NCBI GenBank assembly: GCA_964514975.1
Contig: CAZESS010000021.1
Coordinates: forward strand, 1 to 31,136
DNA: 31,136 nt
Source: an uncultured Thermoplasmatales archaeon
GTDB taxonomy: Archaea > Thermoplasmatota > E2 > UBA202 > DSCA01
Direction of reading: 5' to 3'
The notes under the pieces are model-generated. The model was not told where the DNA came from. It did not search any database and saw only the letters and a list, made by a program, of their open reading frames with translations. Made by a program: the position numbers and the translations under genes. Positions 17,684 to 27,573 of this stretch are shown here, piece by piece (the stretch's first letter is position 1; each line of letters opens with the position of its first letter).

Positions 17684-19783
17684 ATGAATCGAGGTCGCAA
17701 GGGGCTTCTTCAAGGGTACCCCCTCCTCTGGCTGGGTATCATAGCGGGCGTCGGCTACTGGATTCTGGAAGCCATTGTGGACGCCGTCTTTTTTGCAGAG
17801 CGCCCATTTGTCGAGGGGCTGGTCAGTCCTGCAATCCACGAGATGTGGATGCGTTTCATCGGTGCGGGATTGTTCGTCGTGTTCGGCGTCGTAGCACAGA
17901 CGGTGCTGAACAGGAAGGCACTGGTGGAGGAGAACCGTCAGCGGCTGAACAGGGTGCTCCGGGGTATCAGAAACGTCGATCAGGTGCTGGTGCGGGCGGA
18001 GGACAGGGACAGCATGCTGCAGCAGGTCTGCCACACACTGACTGAGGCTCGGGGCTATTACAACGCATGGATAGCCATACGAGACACAGATGGCACTTTT
18101 AGCCATACCGCCGAGGCAGGACGGGGTGAACGGTTTTCGTTACTGCAAGAAAAACTGCAGTCGGGCTGGCTTCCCGCCTGCGGTGAAAAAGCCCTCGCCA
18201 GCGATGGAGCCGTTGTGGTTGAGGAGCCGCCGGGGAACTGTCTGGACTGCCCGTTGGCGGAACAATATGGGGGGAGAGCAGCCATCGTCTGCCGTCTCAG
18301 GCATGGCGATGAGGCCTATGGCTTCCTCTGCGCCTCCGTCCCCAAGGATGCGGCTGACGACGAGCAGGAACGGGCGTTGTTCAAGGAGATAGCGGACGAC
18401 CTCGCCTTCGTGCTCTACAAGATGGCGGTAGAGGAACAGGAGGCGGCGATGGCGCAGATGTTGCATGAGGAACGACAGCGGTATCGGATGCTGGTGGCGA
18501 ACATCCCCGACAGCGACCTGTATCTCTACGACCATGACCTTCGGTTTCTTTTGGTTGACGGCACCGAGAAGCTGAAACTGGGCATCCCCCGAGACCACTG
18601 GGAGGGAAAAACGCTGCATGAGGCATTGGATGAGGAGATCGCTGATATGTTTGAGCCGCATTACCGACGGGCGTTGCAGGGTGAGCCATCGAGTACAGAC
18701 CTCGTCTATGGCGGCCAGCATTATATCGTGAAGACGGTGCCCGTGACCAACGAGCAGGGCGACGTGGTGGCGGGGATGGCCCTCAGCCATAACATCACCG
18801 AGCGGAAAAAAGCGCAACAGGAGGTGGAGGAAAGAGCGGAGAAATACCGGGCGATTGTGGAGAACAGCCATGATGCTATTCTCATCTACCGTAGCACCGA
18901 GTTCCTGTTCGTCAATGACAGAGCGGCAGAGATAACGGGCTACACGAAGGAGGAACTCTACGATATGAAAAGCCCCTTCGAGTTGCTCCATCCCGACGAC
19001 CGGGAGCGGGTAAAGGACATCGAACGGCGGCGGGCGCAGGGCGAAGACGTCCCCGACACCTATCAGGCACGAGTGGTAGACAAGAGCGGCGACGTCAGAA
19101 TCTGCGATTTCGCCGTCACCCCTATCACTTATCAGGGTAAGCATGCGGCTTTGGGTTCCGTGCGGGATATCACCCAGCAGAAAATGGCGGAGGAACAGCT
19201 GCGGCAGTCGGAGGAGGAAAAAACCCTCATCCTTGATACCTCACCTGCCGTGATAGTCTATCAGGACACCGGCCATCGGGTGATATTGGCGAACAAGGTC
19301 GCTGCCGAGTCAGTCAACGAAAGACCAGCGGACTTGGAGGGACGACGATGCCATGAAATCTGGCATCAACGAGAGGAGCCCTGCAAGGACTGCCCCGTGG
19401 GAAAGGCCATCGAGACGGGCGAGATGCAGGAAGGCGAGATGTCGACACCCGACGGACGGCACTGGCTGGTGCGAGGCACCCCCGTCGAGGACAAAGACGA
19501 CGAGGGAAAGATTGTTGCCGCCGTGGAAACCGCCCTTGACATAACGAAGCGGAAACAGGCCGAACAGGAGATGGAACGAGCCCTGGAAAACGAACGGGTG
19601 TTCAAATTGCAGGCGGCGCATCATTTTTTTAACCCCATCGCCATATCCAAGGGCTACATGGACATCGCCATGGAGAAACTGCCCGACGGCGAAGCAGAGA
19701 CAATACAAAAAGCACGTGATGCCGTCATGCGGATACAAAAGGTGGTGGAAAACATCGTTGAGCGAGGTGAAATCCATGAATAA
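17684..19783 (+). CDS. Membrane sensor: 2 TM, GAF, 3 PAS, C-terminal DHp-like His helix, no HATPase domain
   Basis: Two N-terminal TMs; GAF (LRHGDEAYGFL..LFKEIADDLAFVL); PAS ends NITERK, DITQQK, DITKRK; tail AAHHFFNPIAISKGY, then stop about 50 aa later with no N/G1/G2 boxes. Confidence 0.85.
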   Translation: MNRGRKGLLQGYPLLWLGIIAGVGYWILEAIVDAVFFAERPFVEGLVSPAIHEMWMRFIGAGLFVVFGVVAQTVLNRKALVEENRQRLNRVLRGIRNVDQVLVRAEDRDSMLQQVCHTLTEARGYYNAWIAIRDTDGTFSHTAEAGRGERFSLLQEKLQSGWLPACGEKALASDGAVVVEEPPGNCLDCPLAEQYGGRAAIVCRLRHGDEAYGFLCASVPKDAADDEQERALFKEIADDLAFVLYKMAVEEQEAAMAQMLHEERQRYRMLVANIPDSDLYLYDHDLRFLLVDGTEKLKLGIPRDHWEGKTLHEALDEEIADMFEPHYRRALQGEPSSTDLVYGGQHYIVKTVPVTNEQGDVVAGMALSHNITERKKAQQEVEERAEKYRAIVENSHDAILIYRSTEFLFVNDRAAEITGYTKEELYDMKSPFELLHPDDRERVKDIERRRAQGEDVPDTYQARVVDKSGDVRICDFAVTPITYQGKHAALGSVRDITQQKMAEEQLRQSEEEKTLILDTSPAVIVYQDTGHRVILANKVAAESVNERPADLEGRRCHEIWHQREEPCKDCPVGKAIETGEMQEGEMSTPDGRHWLVRGTPVEDKDDEGKIVAAVETALDITKRKQAEQEMERALENERVFKLQAAHHFFNPIAISKGYMDIAMEKLPDGEAETIQKARDAVMRIQKVVENIVERGEIHE

Positions 19784-20219
19784 AACGACTGTGATGGCTG
19801 TGGATGATGAACAGGATATACATGACATCCTTTCCAGATATCTGGAGCGAATGGCAGACATCGAAGTGGTCAATGCTCTCACCGGAGAGGAGGCCGTCGA
19901 ACAATATCGGGAACTGATGGAGGCAGGCGAAACACCAGCATTGGTGGTGATGGACTTGAACCTGTCGGGCAGCAACCAAGACATGGAAACCATCGAGCAG
20001 CATCGGAACGGTGAGGATGGACGGATGGACGGCGTAGAGGCCACTCGGGCCATCATGGAACTGGACGCCGACGCCACCATCTGGGGCTACACGGCGTGGC
20101 AGGGCAGCGACTGGGAGACGGAACTCCGAGCGATGGGCGTTGACAGGGTGGTGGGGCGGCAGGTGACCTTCAAAGAGTTTGCGGGGCAAGTGGCTGATTT
20201 TCTCCAGCGTGAAGGGTAA
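19776..20219 (+). CDS. Stand-alone response regulator receiver (atypical)
   Basis: VMAVDDE, VVMD phosphoacceptor, MDGVE, YTA; ATG 19776 follows GAGGTGA and overlaps the end of the sensor gene. Confidence 0.88.
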   Translation: MNKTTVMAVDDEQDIHDILSRYLERMADIEVVNALTGEEAVEQYRELMEAGETPALVVMDLNLSGSNQDMETIEQHRNGEDGRMDGVEATRAIMELDADATIWGYTAWQGSDWETELRAMGVDRVVGRQVTFKEFAGQVADFLQREG

Positions 20220-20220
20220 C

Positions 20221-21576
20221 ATGAGAGAGGTATATAGAGAGGGCAGCGATAGAGATACCAGCCACGGAGGGACATTTTCTCCCTCGTCTGAGTATTCAAT
20301 CCGCTCTATCGCCACCCTGCAGCAGGGTGACCATCTCTGCTGCATATACGAGACAGAGGAAGAACACCAAGCCGTTGTCACCCCCTACATCATCAAAGGA
20401 CTGGAACAGGGGGAGAAGGTGATGTACATCGTCGACGTTCATAAAGCGGAGACCATTCTCGACTACTTACGCAGCGAGGGAATAGACGTCGACGGCTATC
20501 TGAAGAGCGGCCAGTTGTCTCTCCTTACCAGTCAGGAGTCATATGTGAAAGATGGCGTCTTCGACCCCGAAAGCATGATATCGCTCCTCCGTTCAGAGAC
20601 AGAGCATGCGATTAACGAAGGATACAGTGCGCTTCGTGTCACGGGCGAGATGACATGGGCGCTACGGGGGCCGCCGGGCTCTGAACGGCTGATAGAATAT
20701 GAGACCCTGCTCAACGAGTTCCTGCCCGGTAGCAGATGTCTAGCTATCTGTCAGTATGACCGACGGCGGTTCGATGCCGATGTGCTGCTGGATGTCCTCC
20801 GCACTCATCCGTTGGCCATCATCGGCACGGATGTCTATCAAAACTTCTATTATATCCCGCCGGAGGACTTGATGAGCGACGATGTATCTGCGGCGATGCT
20901 GCAGCGGTGGGAGCAAAACCTCGCTGACCGAAAAAGGGCAGAGCAACACATCGCCCGTCTCAATGAAACACTGCAACTCACCAATAAAATCATGCGGCAT
21001 GACATCCTCAACGATGTGCAGATAGCACGGAGCGCCCTCGACCTCTACCATGATAAGCAGGATGAGGAATTGTTGGAGAAGGTTGACCGTCGAATGGAAC
21101 AGAGCATGTCTCTTATCAATCGGATGCGAGAGTTGGAATCACTGGTAACCGCTGGAGAAGAGTTAGGGTCATATCGGGTGAGGGATGTGGTGGAAGAAAA
21201 GGCTGAGGAGTTTGAGGTCGACGTATCCATCAACGGCGACTGCACGGTGCAGGCCGACGCCGCCTTCCCGTCCGTTATCGACAACCTCATCGAAAATGCG
21301 GTTGCACATGGCGAGGCAGACCATATCGAGGTGTCGATGGAGGAACGGGATGGGCGATGCGTTGTTAGGGTGGCCGACGACGGGACAGGTATTCCCTACC
21401 ACATACAGGAGCAGGTGTTTGAGGAACGCTTCAGCCACGGCGGCCATGCTGGCTCGGGACTCGGGCTGTACATCGTAAAGCAGGTGGTTGAGCGATATGG
21501 CGGCAGCGTCACGATTGAGGATAATGAGCCGTCGGGAACGGTTGTTGTGCTTGAGTTAGAGAAGGACACCGCATAA
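20221..21576 (+). CDS. MEDS-domain sensor histidine kinase
   Basis: MEDS motifs GDHLCCIYE, LRVTGEMTW, ICQYD, LRTHP; H-box MRHDILN, N-box NLIENAVAHG, G1 DDGTGI, G2 GSGLGL. Confidence 0.9.
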   Translation: MREVYREGSDRDTSHGGTFSPSSEYSIRSIATLQQGDHLCCIYETEEEHQAVVTPYIIKGLEQGEKVMYIVDVHKAETILDYLRSEGIDVDGYLKSGQLSLLTSQESYVKDGVFDPESMISLLRSETEHAINEGYSALRVTGEMTWALRGPPGSERLIEYETLLNEFLPGSRCLAICQYDRRRFDADVLLDVLRTHPLAIIGTDVYQNFYYIPPEDLMSDDVSAAMLQRWEQNLADRKRAEQHIARLNETLQLTNKIMRHDILNDVQIARSALDLYHDKQDEELLEKVDRRMEQSMSLINRMRELESLVTAGEELGSYRVRDVVEEKAEEFEVDVSINGDCTVQADAAFPSVIDNLIENAVAHGEADHIEVSMEERDGRCVVRVADDGTGIPYHIQEQVFEERFSHGGHAGSGLGLYIVKQVVERYGGSVTIEDNEPSGTVVVLELEKDTA

Positions 21577-21824
21577 AAAAAAACGGTTCTTCGAACATTC
21601 ATGACGCGCTCCGATTTAACCTTAAATAGGCTTAAAATTTCTCCATGAACGCCTACCTAACGCTATCCATTTGCTTTCTGCATTTCATTCTTTGCCGAAA
21701 CACGCAATAGTTGGCTCTTGCCGCAGAGCGTCGTTCTGTGCGAGGTTTCTCGTAGGTAACTACTTAATGTTTGCCCAGCCCGTTGCCGGCAAACGATTTA
21801 TACGTCGCTGTTGATTTGCCTTTT

Positions 21825-22499
21825 ATGATTATCGCTGTCTGCGGTTTTAGCGGAAGCGGGAAGACCTCGTTCATCGAGCGGCTGCTCCTTCTGCTTGAGG
21901 AGTACAGTGTCGCAGTGGTGAAGCATACCGGCCACGAGCATGTGGACGTGTCTGGAAAGGATACCGCCCGGCATCGCGATGCCGGCGCGTCCGCTGCTGC
22001 CATCATCGCCGGCGGTGAAACCGCTGTTTTTTGGTCCGGTGCCAGCGATGTTGAGACGGTGGCCGGCATGCTCAACGTGGAGGCGGTGCTGCTCGAGGGA
22101 TTCAAGGCATCTGACCACGAGAAGATATGGCTCGGCGAGGGCACGGGCAGCAACGTGGTCATGCGTAATCCTTCGGCTGAGCAGGCGGCATCATATATCA
22201 GGTATGAGGTGGATGTCGAACGTGCGCTGGAGCGGCTGCCCGGGCTGGACTGCGGGGACTGCGGCTACCAAAGCTGCATGGAGCTGGCGCGGGCATTCGC
22301 CGCCGGTGATGCCGCGCTGGACGACTGCGTTGTCTCGCATGGCGGCGTGACCGTGACCGTTGACGGCACGATGATTCCGCTCAAACCCTTCGTGCAGTCT
22401 TTTGTCGAGGGCACCATCCGGGGGATGCTCCGCTCGCTGAAGGGCGTCGACGATGTAGAGATGGCAGATGTTCGGATTGGCCTGCCTGCGCGGTCATAG
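21825..22499 (+). CDS. mobB: Molybdopterin-guanine dinucleotide biosynthesis protein B with Fe-S domain
   Basis: GFSGSGKT, VVKH, GKDTARH..AGA, LLEGFK, then LPGLDCGDCGYQSC..C and IPLKPFVQ tail; ATG 21825 follows TTTATA. Confidence 0.85.
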   Translation: MIIAVCGFSGSGKTSFIERLLLLLEEYSVAVVKHTGHEHVDVSGKDTARHRDAGASAAAIIAGGETAVFWSGASDVETVAGMLNVEAVLLEGFKASDHEKIWLGEGTGSNVVMRNPSAEQAASYIRYEVDVERALERLPGLDCGDCGYQSCMELARAFAAGDAALDDCVVSHGGVTVTVDGTMIPLKPFVQSFVEGTIRGMLRSLKGVDDVEMADVRIGLPARS

Positions 22500-22526
22500 G
22501 ATTTAAAATATGCGGGCGCATTAGGC

Positions 22527-23774
22527 ATGATGCTCTTCGGTATGACCACCGCGCTGCTGCTCGTTGTCATCCTCGCATTGCTGGCTGGCGGCTACATGGC
22601 ATGGAACATCGGTGCGAACGATGTCGCCAATTCGATGTCGACGGCGGTGGGCGCCAACGCCATCACGCTCCGTCAGGCGGTCCTCATCGCCTCGGTTCTC
22701 AACTTTGTCGGCGCTGTTTTCCTGGGCAGCCATGTGACGGAGACGGTGAAGGGCGGCATCGTGGACACCGCGATGATTGGCAGCGCGCATTCGGTCATGC
22801 TCGGCTTTTTGGCGGCTATCCTGGCTGCCTCGTTTTTTGTGACCGTGGCCACCTGGCTGGAGCTTCCGGTGTCGACGACGCATTCCATCATCGGCGGTAT
22901 CACTGGCTTCGGCCTTATTGCTGGCGGCGCCGAGATTATTGTATGGAAAAAGCTGGGGGAGGTCGCCGCCTCTTGGGTGCTGTCGCCGATTGCCGGTGCG
23001 GTCATCGCGTTTATCGTTTTCCGTCTCATCGTTCACTGCGTGTTCGCGGCGGGGGAGCCCGTGGAGGCAGCCGAGAAATTTGGTCCGTTTTTTGTCGGGT
23101 TGACCTTTTTTATCGTGTCGTTTTCGCTGTTCACCAAGACGGATCTGGGGACAATCCTGTTTGGCGGTGAGCTGTATCAGATCGTCTCTGCGTCGGCCAT
23201 TATTTTTGTCGTGGCTGCGGTGCTTGGTGCCATGATTATCAGGCGGTTTTCCTATGGCGAGGGCTATGATGCGGTGGAGTTTTTGTTCCGCCGTCTGCAA
23301 ATCGTGACATCCTGTTATGTTGCCCTCTCCCATGGTGCGAACGATGTTGCCAATGCCATCGCCCCGCTGTCGGTGGTGCTCTCCTCTGCGCTTGAGAGGA
23401 CGGGCATCGACATCGGCGGGCTGTCGTATTATTTGCTGGCGCTCGGCGGTGTCGCCATCGCCGTGGGGGTGATGACCTGGGGGTACAAGGTCATCCGGAC
23501 GCTGGGGTCTCGTATCACCGATCTGACGAACACCCGTGGATTTTCCGTTGATTTTGGGACGGCGACGACGGTGCTTGCCGCCTCGAAGCTCGGCCTGCCG
23601 ATTTCGACGTCGCACACCGTGGTTGGTGCGGTCATCGGGGTCGGCCTTGCCCGGGGGCTGGAGGCGGTGGACCTGTCGGTGATAAAGAAGATCGTGTATT
23701 CATGGGCGGTGACGCTGCCTGCCACCGTTGTTATGTCGATAGTGATTTATAGGGTTCTTATTTTTGTGTGGTGA
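22527..23774 (+). CDS. pit: PiT family inorganic phosphate transporter
   Basis: Duplicated GANDVAN signatures, PVSTTHS and PISTSH, multiple TM helices. Confidence 0.93.
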   Translation: MMLFGMTTALLLVVILALLAGGYMAWNIGANDVANSMSTAVGANAITLRQAVLIASVLNFVGAVFLGSHVTETVKGGIVDTAMIGSAHSVMLGFLAAILAASFFVTVATWLELPVSTTHSIIGGITGFGLIAGGAEIIVWKKLGEVAASWVLSPIAGAVIAFIVFRLIVHCVFAAGEPVEAAEKFGPFFVGLTFFIVSFSLFTKTDLGTILFGGELYQIVSASAIIFVVAAVLGAMIIRRFSYGEGYDAVEFLFRRLQIVTSCYVALSHGANDVANAIAPLSVVLSSALERTGIDIGGLSYYLLALGGVAIAVGVMTWGYKVIRTLGSRITDLTNTRGFSVDFGTATTVLAASKLGLPISTSHTVVGAVIGVGLARGLEAVDLSVIKKIVYSWAVTLPATVVMSIVIYRVLIFVW

Positions 23775-23776
23775 CA

Positions 23777-24478
23777 ATGGCAGCGAAAAATGGGACGCGG
23801 GGGCGAGCCCCGGTTTCGGATGCATACCGGAGAAAGTCGCCGCTGGAGGGATTGCTTGAGCACATGGACAAGGTGAAGGAATGTATATCCATCCTCGAGG
23901 AATCGCTGGTGGAGTACTATCGTGGCCGGACTGAGGACTTCCATGAGACGGCGAAGCGGATCGCGGAGCTTGAGCACGAGGCCGACCTGATAAAGGGCAA
24001 CATCCGCGCGCATCTCCCGACCTCGATTTTGATGCCCGTGGATAAGAAATATTTTTTGTGGCAGCTGCGGGAACAGGACGCCATTCTTGACCATGCGGAA
24101 AACCTGGCGCAGCTCATCGACATGCGTCACACGCCTATCCCGATAAAGCTCAAGGAGCCGTTTATCGAGCATGTGCACCTGGTGGCGGAGACGGTGGGCG
24201 AGATGGAAAAAGCCGTAGAGAAGTTCAAGGACCTCGTGGAGAGCAGCTTTGTGCGGAGGGAGCGGGAAAAGGTGAAGGACATCATCCATGAGATACATCG
24301 GAAGGAATGGGAGGCGGACCAGAAAAAATACGAGCTCACCCGGGATATATACAGGCTGGAGGACGAGCTGAAGCCGATGGACATCTACCATCTGCTGAAG
24401 ACGGCTGACTGGGTGGACGACATCGCCGACCATGCGGAGAACGTGGCGGACTGGATGCGGGCCATGGTCGCCAAGTAA
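23777..24478 (+). CDS. DUF47 / PhoU-like phosphate transport regulator
   Basis: LEHEADLIK..QDAILD.AE and second repeat EWEAD..DDIADHAENVAD; directly after pit. Confidence 0.88.
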   Translation: MAAKNGTRGRAPVSDAYRRKSPLEGLLEHMDKVKECISILEESLVEYYRGRTEDFHETAKRIAELEHEADLIKGNIRAHLPTSILMPVDKKYFLWQLREQDAILDHAENLAQLIDMRHTPIPIKLKEPFIEHVHLVAETVGEMEKAVEKFKDLVESSFVRREREKVKDIIHEIHRKEWEADQKKYELTRDIYRLEDELKPMDIYHLLKTADWVDDIADHAENVADWMRAMVAK

Positions 24479-24520
24479 GGCAACCCTTATATATCGGTAC
24501 CGCTATGTCGGTTTCGAAAT

Positions 24521-25006
24521 ATGCGCGTGCCATTCCTGAAATATTTCATCCTCAAAACGCTCTCAGATGGGGCAGCCACCGGCTACGAGATCATCAAAAA
24601 ATGCGAAGAGCGGCTCGGATACACCCCCAGCACCGGCTCCGTGTACCCGATCCTCAAGGACATGGAGGCCTCGAAGGTTATCGAGGGAGAAACACAGGGC
24701 AGGCGCACCCGCTACCACCTCACCGACAAGGGACGGCAGATGCTGGAAGAGGGAGAACAGGTCAAAAAAGAAGCATACCAGAAGCTCCGGCAGTATGCGC
24801 TTCAGCTCGCCGAAATATTCGAGGACGAAGCGCTCCGCCACATGATTCATCGCTTCGACGAATCCCATGAGGCATTTCCTCTCATCTACAAGATACGGTC
24901 GCTGAGCGAGGAGCTGAACAGACAGGGGATGGCACGGGACAGGATACATGCATGCCTGGCCGGGGCCTACCGACGGCTGCTGTCGCTGAAGGAGGAAAAA
25001 ACATGA
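24521..25006 (+). CDS. PadR family transcriptional regulator
   Basis: GYEIIK, PSTGSVYPILKDME, RRTRYHLTDKG; overlaps the RND start (ATGA). Confidence 0.88.
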   Translation: MRVPFLKYFILKTLSDGAATGYEIIKKCEERLGYTPSTGSVYPILKDMEASKVIEGETQGRRTRYHLTDKGRQMLEEGEQVKKEAYQKLRQYALQLAEIFEDEALRHMIHRFDESHEAFPLIYKIRSLSEELNRQGMARDRIHACLAGAYRRLLSLKEEKT

Positions 25007-27573
25007 AACTAACCGAATGGATAGCACATCACCCGAAAGTAAACATCGCCGTCGTCCTTGTCGTCACCGCGCTCATGGCGTTTTCCATCTACGCCGGCGG
25101 CATTGAGTCGACGTTCAACGAGGAATCCTTTGAACCCGACCTCCCCGCCGTCGAGGCGCAGAACGAGGTCGCCGCGAACTACAGCGGCGACTACACCGTC
25201 CAGATACTCGTCCGCTCGCGGACGGGAGACCTGCTGAACAACGAGGCCATGGAGGAGGTATTCCATCTCGAGGAGGCGCTGCTAGCAAATGATACAATAA
25301 AAAACCATCTTTACGACCCTTCCTATGCTCCGGGGAATATAGCGGCTTTGCCCACACTGCTGGCCACCATCCGCATAGCCGGCGAAGCGAAGATGCAATA
25401 CTTACATCTCCCAATAGAGGAATTGCTTTATCATCAATATAACATTACGCAGCTCAGCAGAGCTCTCCAGGGAGAAAATATTACCGTCCAACTACAGAAT
25501 GATACGCTCAATCTCTCCTTCGACCATTTTCCCTCAGACATGACTATAAAGGATTCCATCAAGAGTATCCGGCAGTTTTCAACGGCCTCCCCTGAGGTCC
25601 AAAGAATTCTTCAACAGATCTCGTGGATGCTTACTAAAGACTTTAATATCTCCTCAGATAACCTCGCGGCGGAGGGATGCATCGTGCTCGTGTCGCTCGA
25701 TGCCGACAACGCAACGCTGGCCGTCGAACAGGCCATCGACGATATCGTCGAAGGGCAGCACCCCGGGCAGGTCACCTTTTCCACCATCGGCAACGAGCTC
25801 GCAAACAATGAAATCCTCGAGGCCTCCAACGAGTCGATGCAGCTGCTGATGCCCATCGCCATGCTCATGGTCATCATAGTGCTGCTCATCGTGTACCGCA
25901 GCGTTATCGATGCGGGCATCAGCCTGCTGGCCCTGGCATTTGCCATCCTGTGGATGTACGGCTTCGGCGTCGCCATGCAGTTTGACTTCAACCCGATGAC
26001 CACCGCAGTGCCCATCCTGCTCATCGGGCTGGGCATCGACTATGGCATCCATCTTACCATGCGCTACCGCGAGGAACAGGACAAAGCAAAACGGGACCGT
26101 GTCTCTATCACCGTCAGGACGGTGGGTGTCGCGCTGCTGCTCGCCACGTTTACCGCCATGATCGCGTTTCTCTCGAATCTCATCTCGCCCATCCGGGTAT
26201 TGCAGGAGTTCGGCATGCTCTGTGCCTTTGGCATCCTGGCGGCCTTCGTCACCATGACGCTGTTCGTGCCCTCGGTGCAGCAGCTCCGCAAAAAACGCCA
26301 GGATGGAACATCGAAAAACGGCGCCGTCAGGAAAGCCAAGAAAGCCGTCTATAAGCTTGTGGAAATCGGTGCGTCGGCAGCGGAAAAAATGCCCGTCGTC
26401 GTTATCCTCGTCGCCGTCCTTGCCACCGCCCTGTCAGGCTATGCGGCAACGCAGCTGGAGACCAAGTTCGACACGGACTCCTTTCTGCCCGACGACCTCG
26501 ACATCACGCAGGACATCAACTATCTGATGAGCCATTTCGAGTTTTCGGGGGGCGAGGCGAGCAGTGCATACATCATCGTTCAGGGAAACGTGACATCCCC
26601 ATCGTTTTTCACCCGTCTCAATGCAACCATCGGCAACGTCGCCGACGATGTCGGTGTCGTACAGGTCAACGGGAGGCCAGACGTGACCTCCATCGCCACG
26701 GTCATGCACACGTATGCAAAGCAGGGGTCAAACCCTGCCTTCACCGCCAGATATCAGGCCTGCTTTGCCGGCCCATACACGCCGAAGGAAAACGCAACCT
26801 CGGCGGACGTCAAAACACTCTACAATATGCTCTACCAGGGCAGCAGGCAGCAGGCCACGACGGTGCTCAACAAAAACGGGTCCTATGACGGCACGCTCCT
26901 CCGCATTGCCACGCGGACCGACATGGGTACGCAGGAGGCGAAAGACCTCTACGACCAGCTGAAAGATGACACCGCGGCGCTGGAGGGCTACAAAACGCGG
27001 GTCACCGGTGACAACATCGTCAACGTGCTGGTGGAAGAGACGCTCAACAGGGGGCAGACACAGTCGCTCATCATCACCATCCTCGTCTCGTTCGCCGTCC
27101 TTACCGTCATCTTCTATTTCAGAGATAAATCCGTCATGCTCGGGCTCATCACCGCCATCCCCATCATCTTCTGCGTCGGCTGGATACTCGGCGCCATGTA
27201 CTTCATGGGTCTGTCGCTCAACGTCATGACCATCACCATCGCCTCGCTCACCGTCGGCCTCGGCGTCACCTACGGCATCCACATATCCCATCGCTTCGTG
27301 GAAGAACTGGAGCGGTGCAGCATCGGCGAGGCAGCACATGTGACCGTGCGTCATACAGGCATTTCGCTGTTCGGCGCAGCGGCAACCACCATCGCCGGCT
27401 TCGGCCTGCTCTCCTTTTCGCTCATGCCGCCATTGCAACAATTCGGGCAGATCACGGCTCTCACCATCCTCTTCGCCTTCATCTCGTCGGTGCTCGTGCT
27501 GCCCTCGTTCCTCATCCTGTGGGCCCGCAGGACCTACGGTGACGCTACACCTCAATCCCGAAATAACTCCTGA
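25003..27573 (+). CDS. RND superfamily MMPL/HAE3-type exporter
   Basis: Two repeats of 1 TM, a large external loop and 5 TM; GLGIDYGIH and GLGVTYGIH motifs; GGAGG SD before ATG 25003. Confidence 0.9.
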   Translation: MKLTEWIAHHPKVNIAVVLVVTALMAFSIYAGGIESTFNEESFEPDLPAVEAQNEVAANYSGDYTVQILVRSRTGDLLNNEAMEEVFHLEEALLANDTIKNHLYDPSYAPGNIAALPTLLATIRIAGEAKMQYLHLPIEELLYHQYNITQLSRALQGENITVQLQNDTLNLSFDHFPSDMTIKDSIKSIRQFSTASPEVQRILQQISWMLTKDFNISSDNLAAEGCIVLVSLDADNATLAVEQAIDDIVEGQHPGQVTFSTIGNELANNEILEASNESMQLLMPIAMLMVIIVLLIVYRSVIDAGISLLALAFAILWMYGFGVAMQFDFNPMTTAVPILLIGLGIDYGIHLTMRYREEQDKAKRDRVSITVRTVGVALLLATFTAMIAFLSNLISPIRVLQEFGMLCAFGILAAFVTMTLFVPSVQQLRKKRQDGTSKNGAVRKAKKAVYKLVEIGASAAEKMPVVVILVAVLATALSGYAATQLETKFDTDSFLPDDLDITQDINYLMSHFEFSGGEASSAYIIVQGNVTSPSFFTRLNATIGNVADDVGVVQVNGRPDVTSIATVMHTYAKQGSNPAFTARYQACFAGPYTPKENATSADVKTLYNMLYQGSRQQATTVLNKNGSYDGTLLRIATRTDMGTQEAKDLYDQLKDDTAALEGYKTRVTGDNIVNVLVEETLNRGQTQSLIITILVSFAVLTVIFYFRDKSVMLGLITAIPIIFCVGWILGAMYFMGLSLNVMTITIASLTVGLGVTYGIHISHRFVEELERCSIGEAAHVTVRHTGISLFGAAATTIAGFGLLSFSLMPPLQQFGQITALTILFAFISSVLVLPSFLILWARRTYGDATPQSRNNS

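Noticed and set aside
22521-23615. 364-aa minus-strand ORF
   Set aside because: Antisense shadow of pit.
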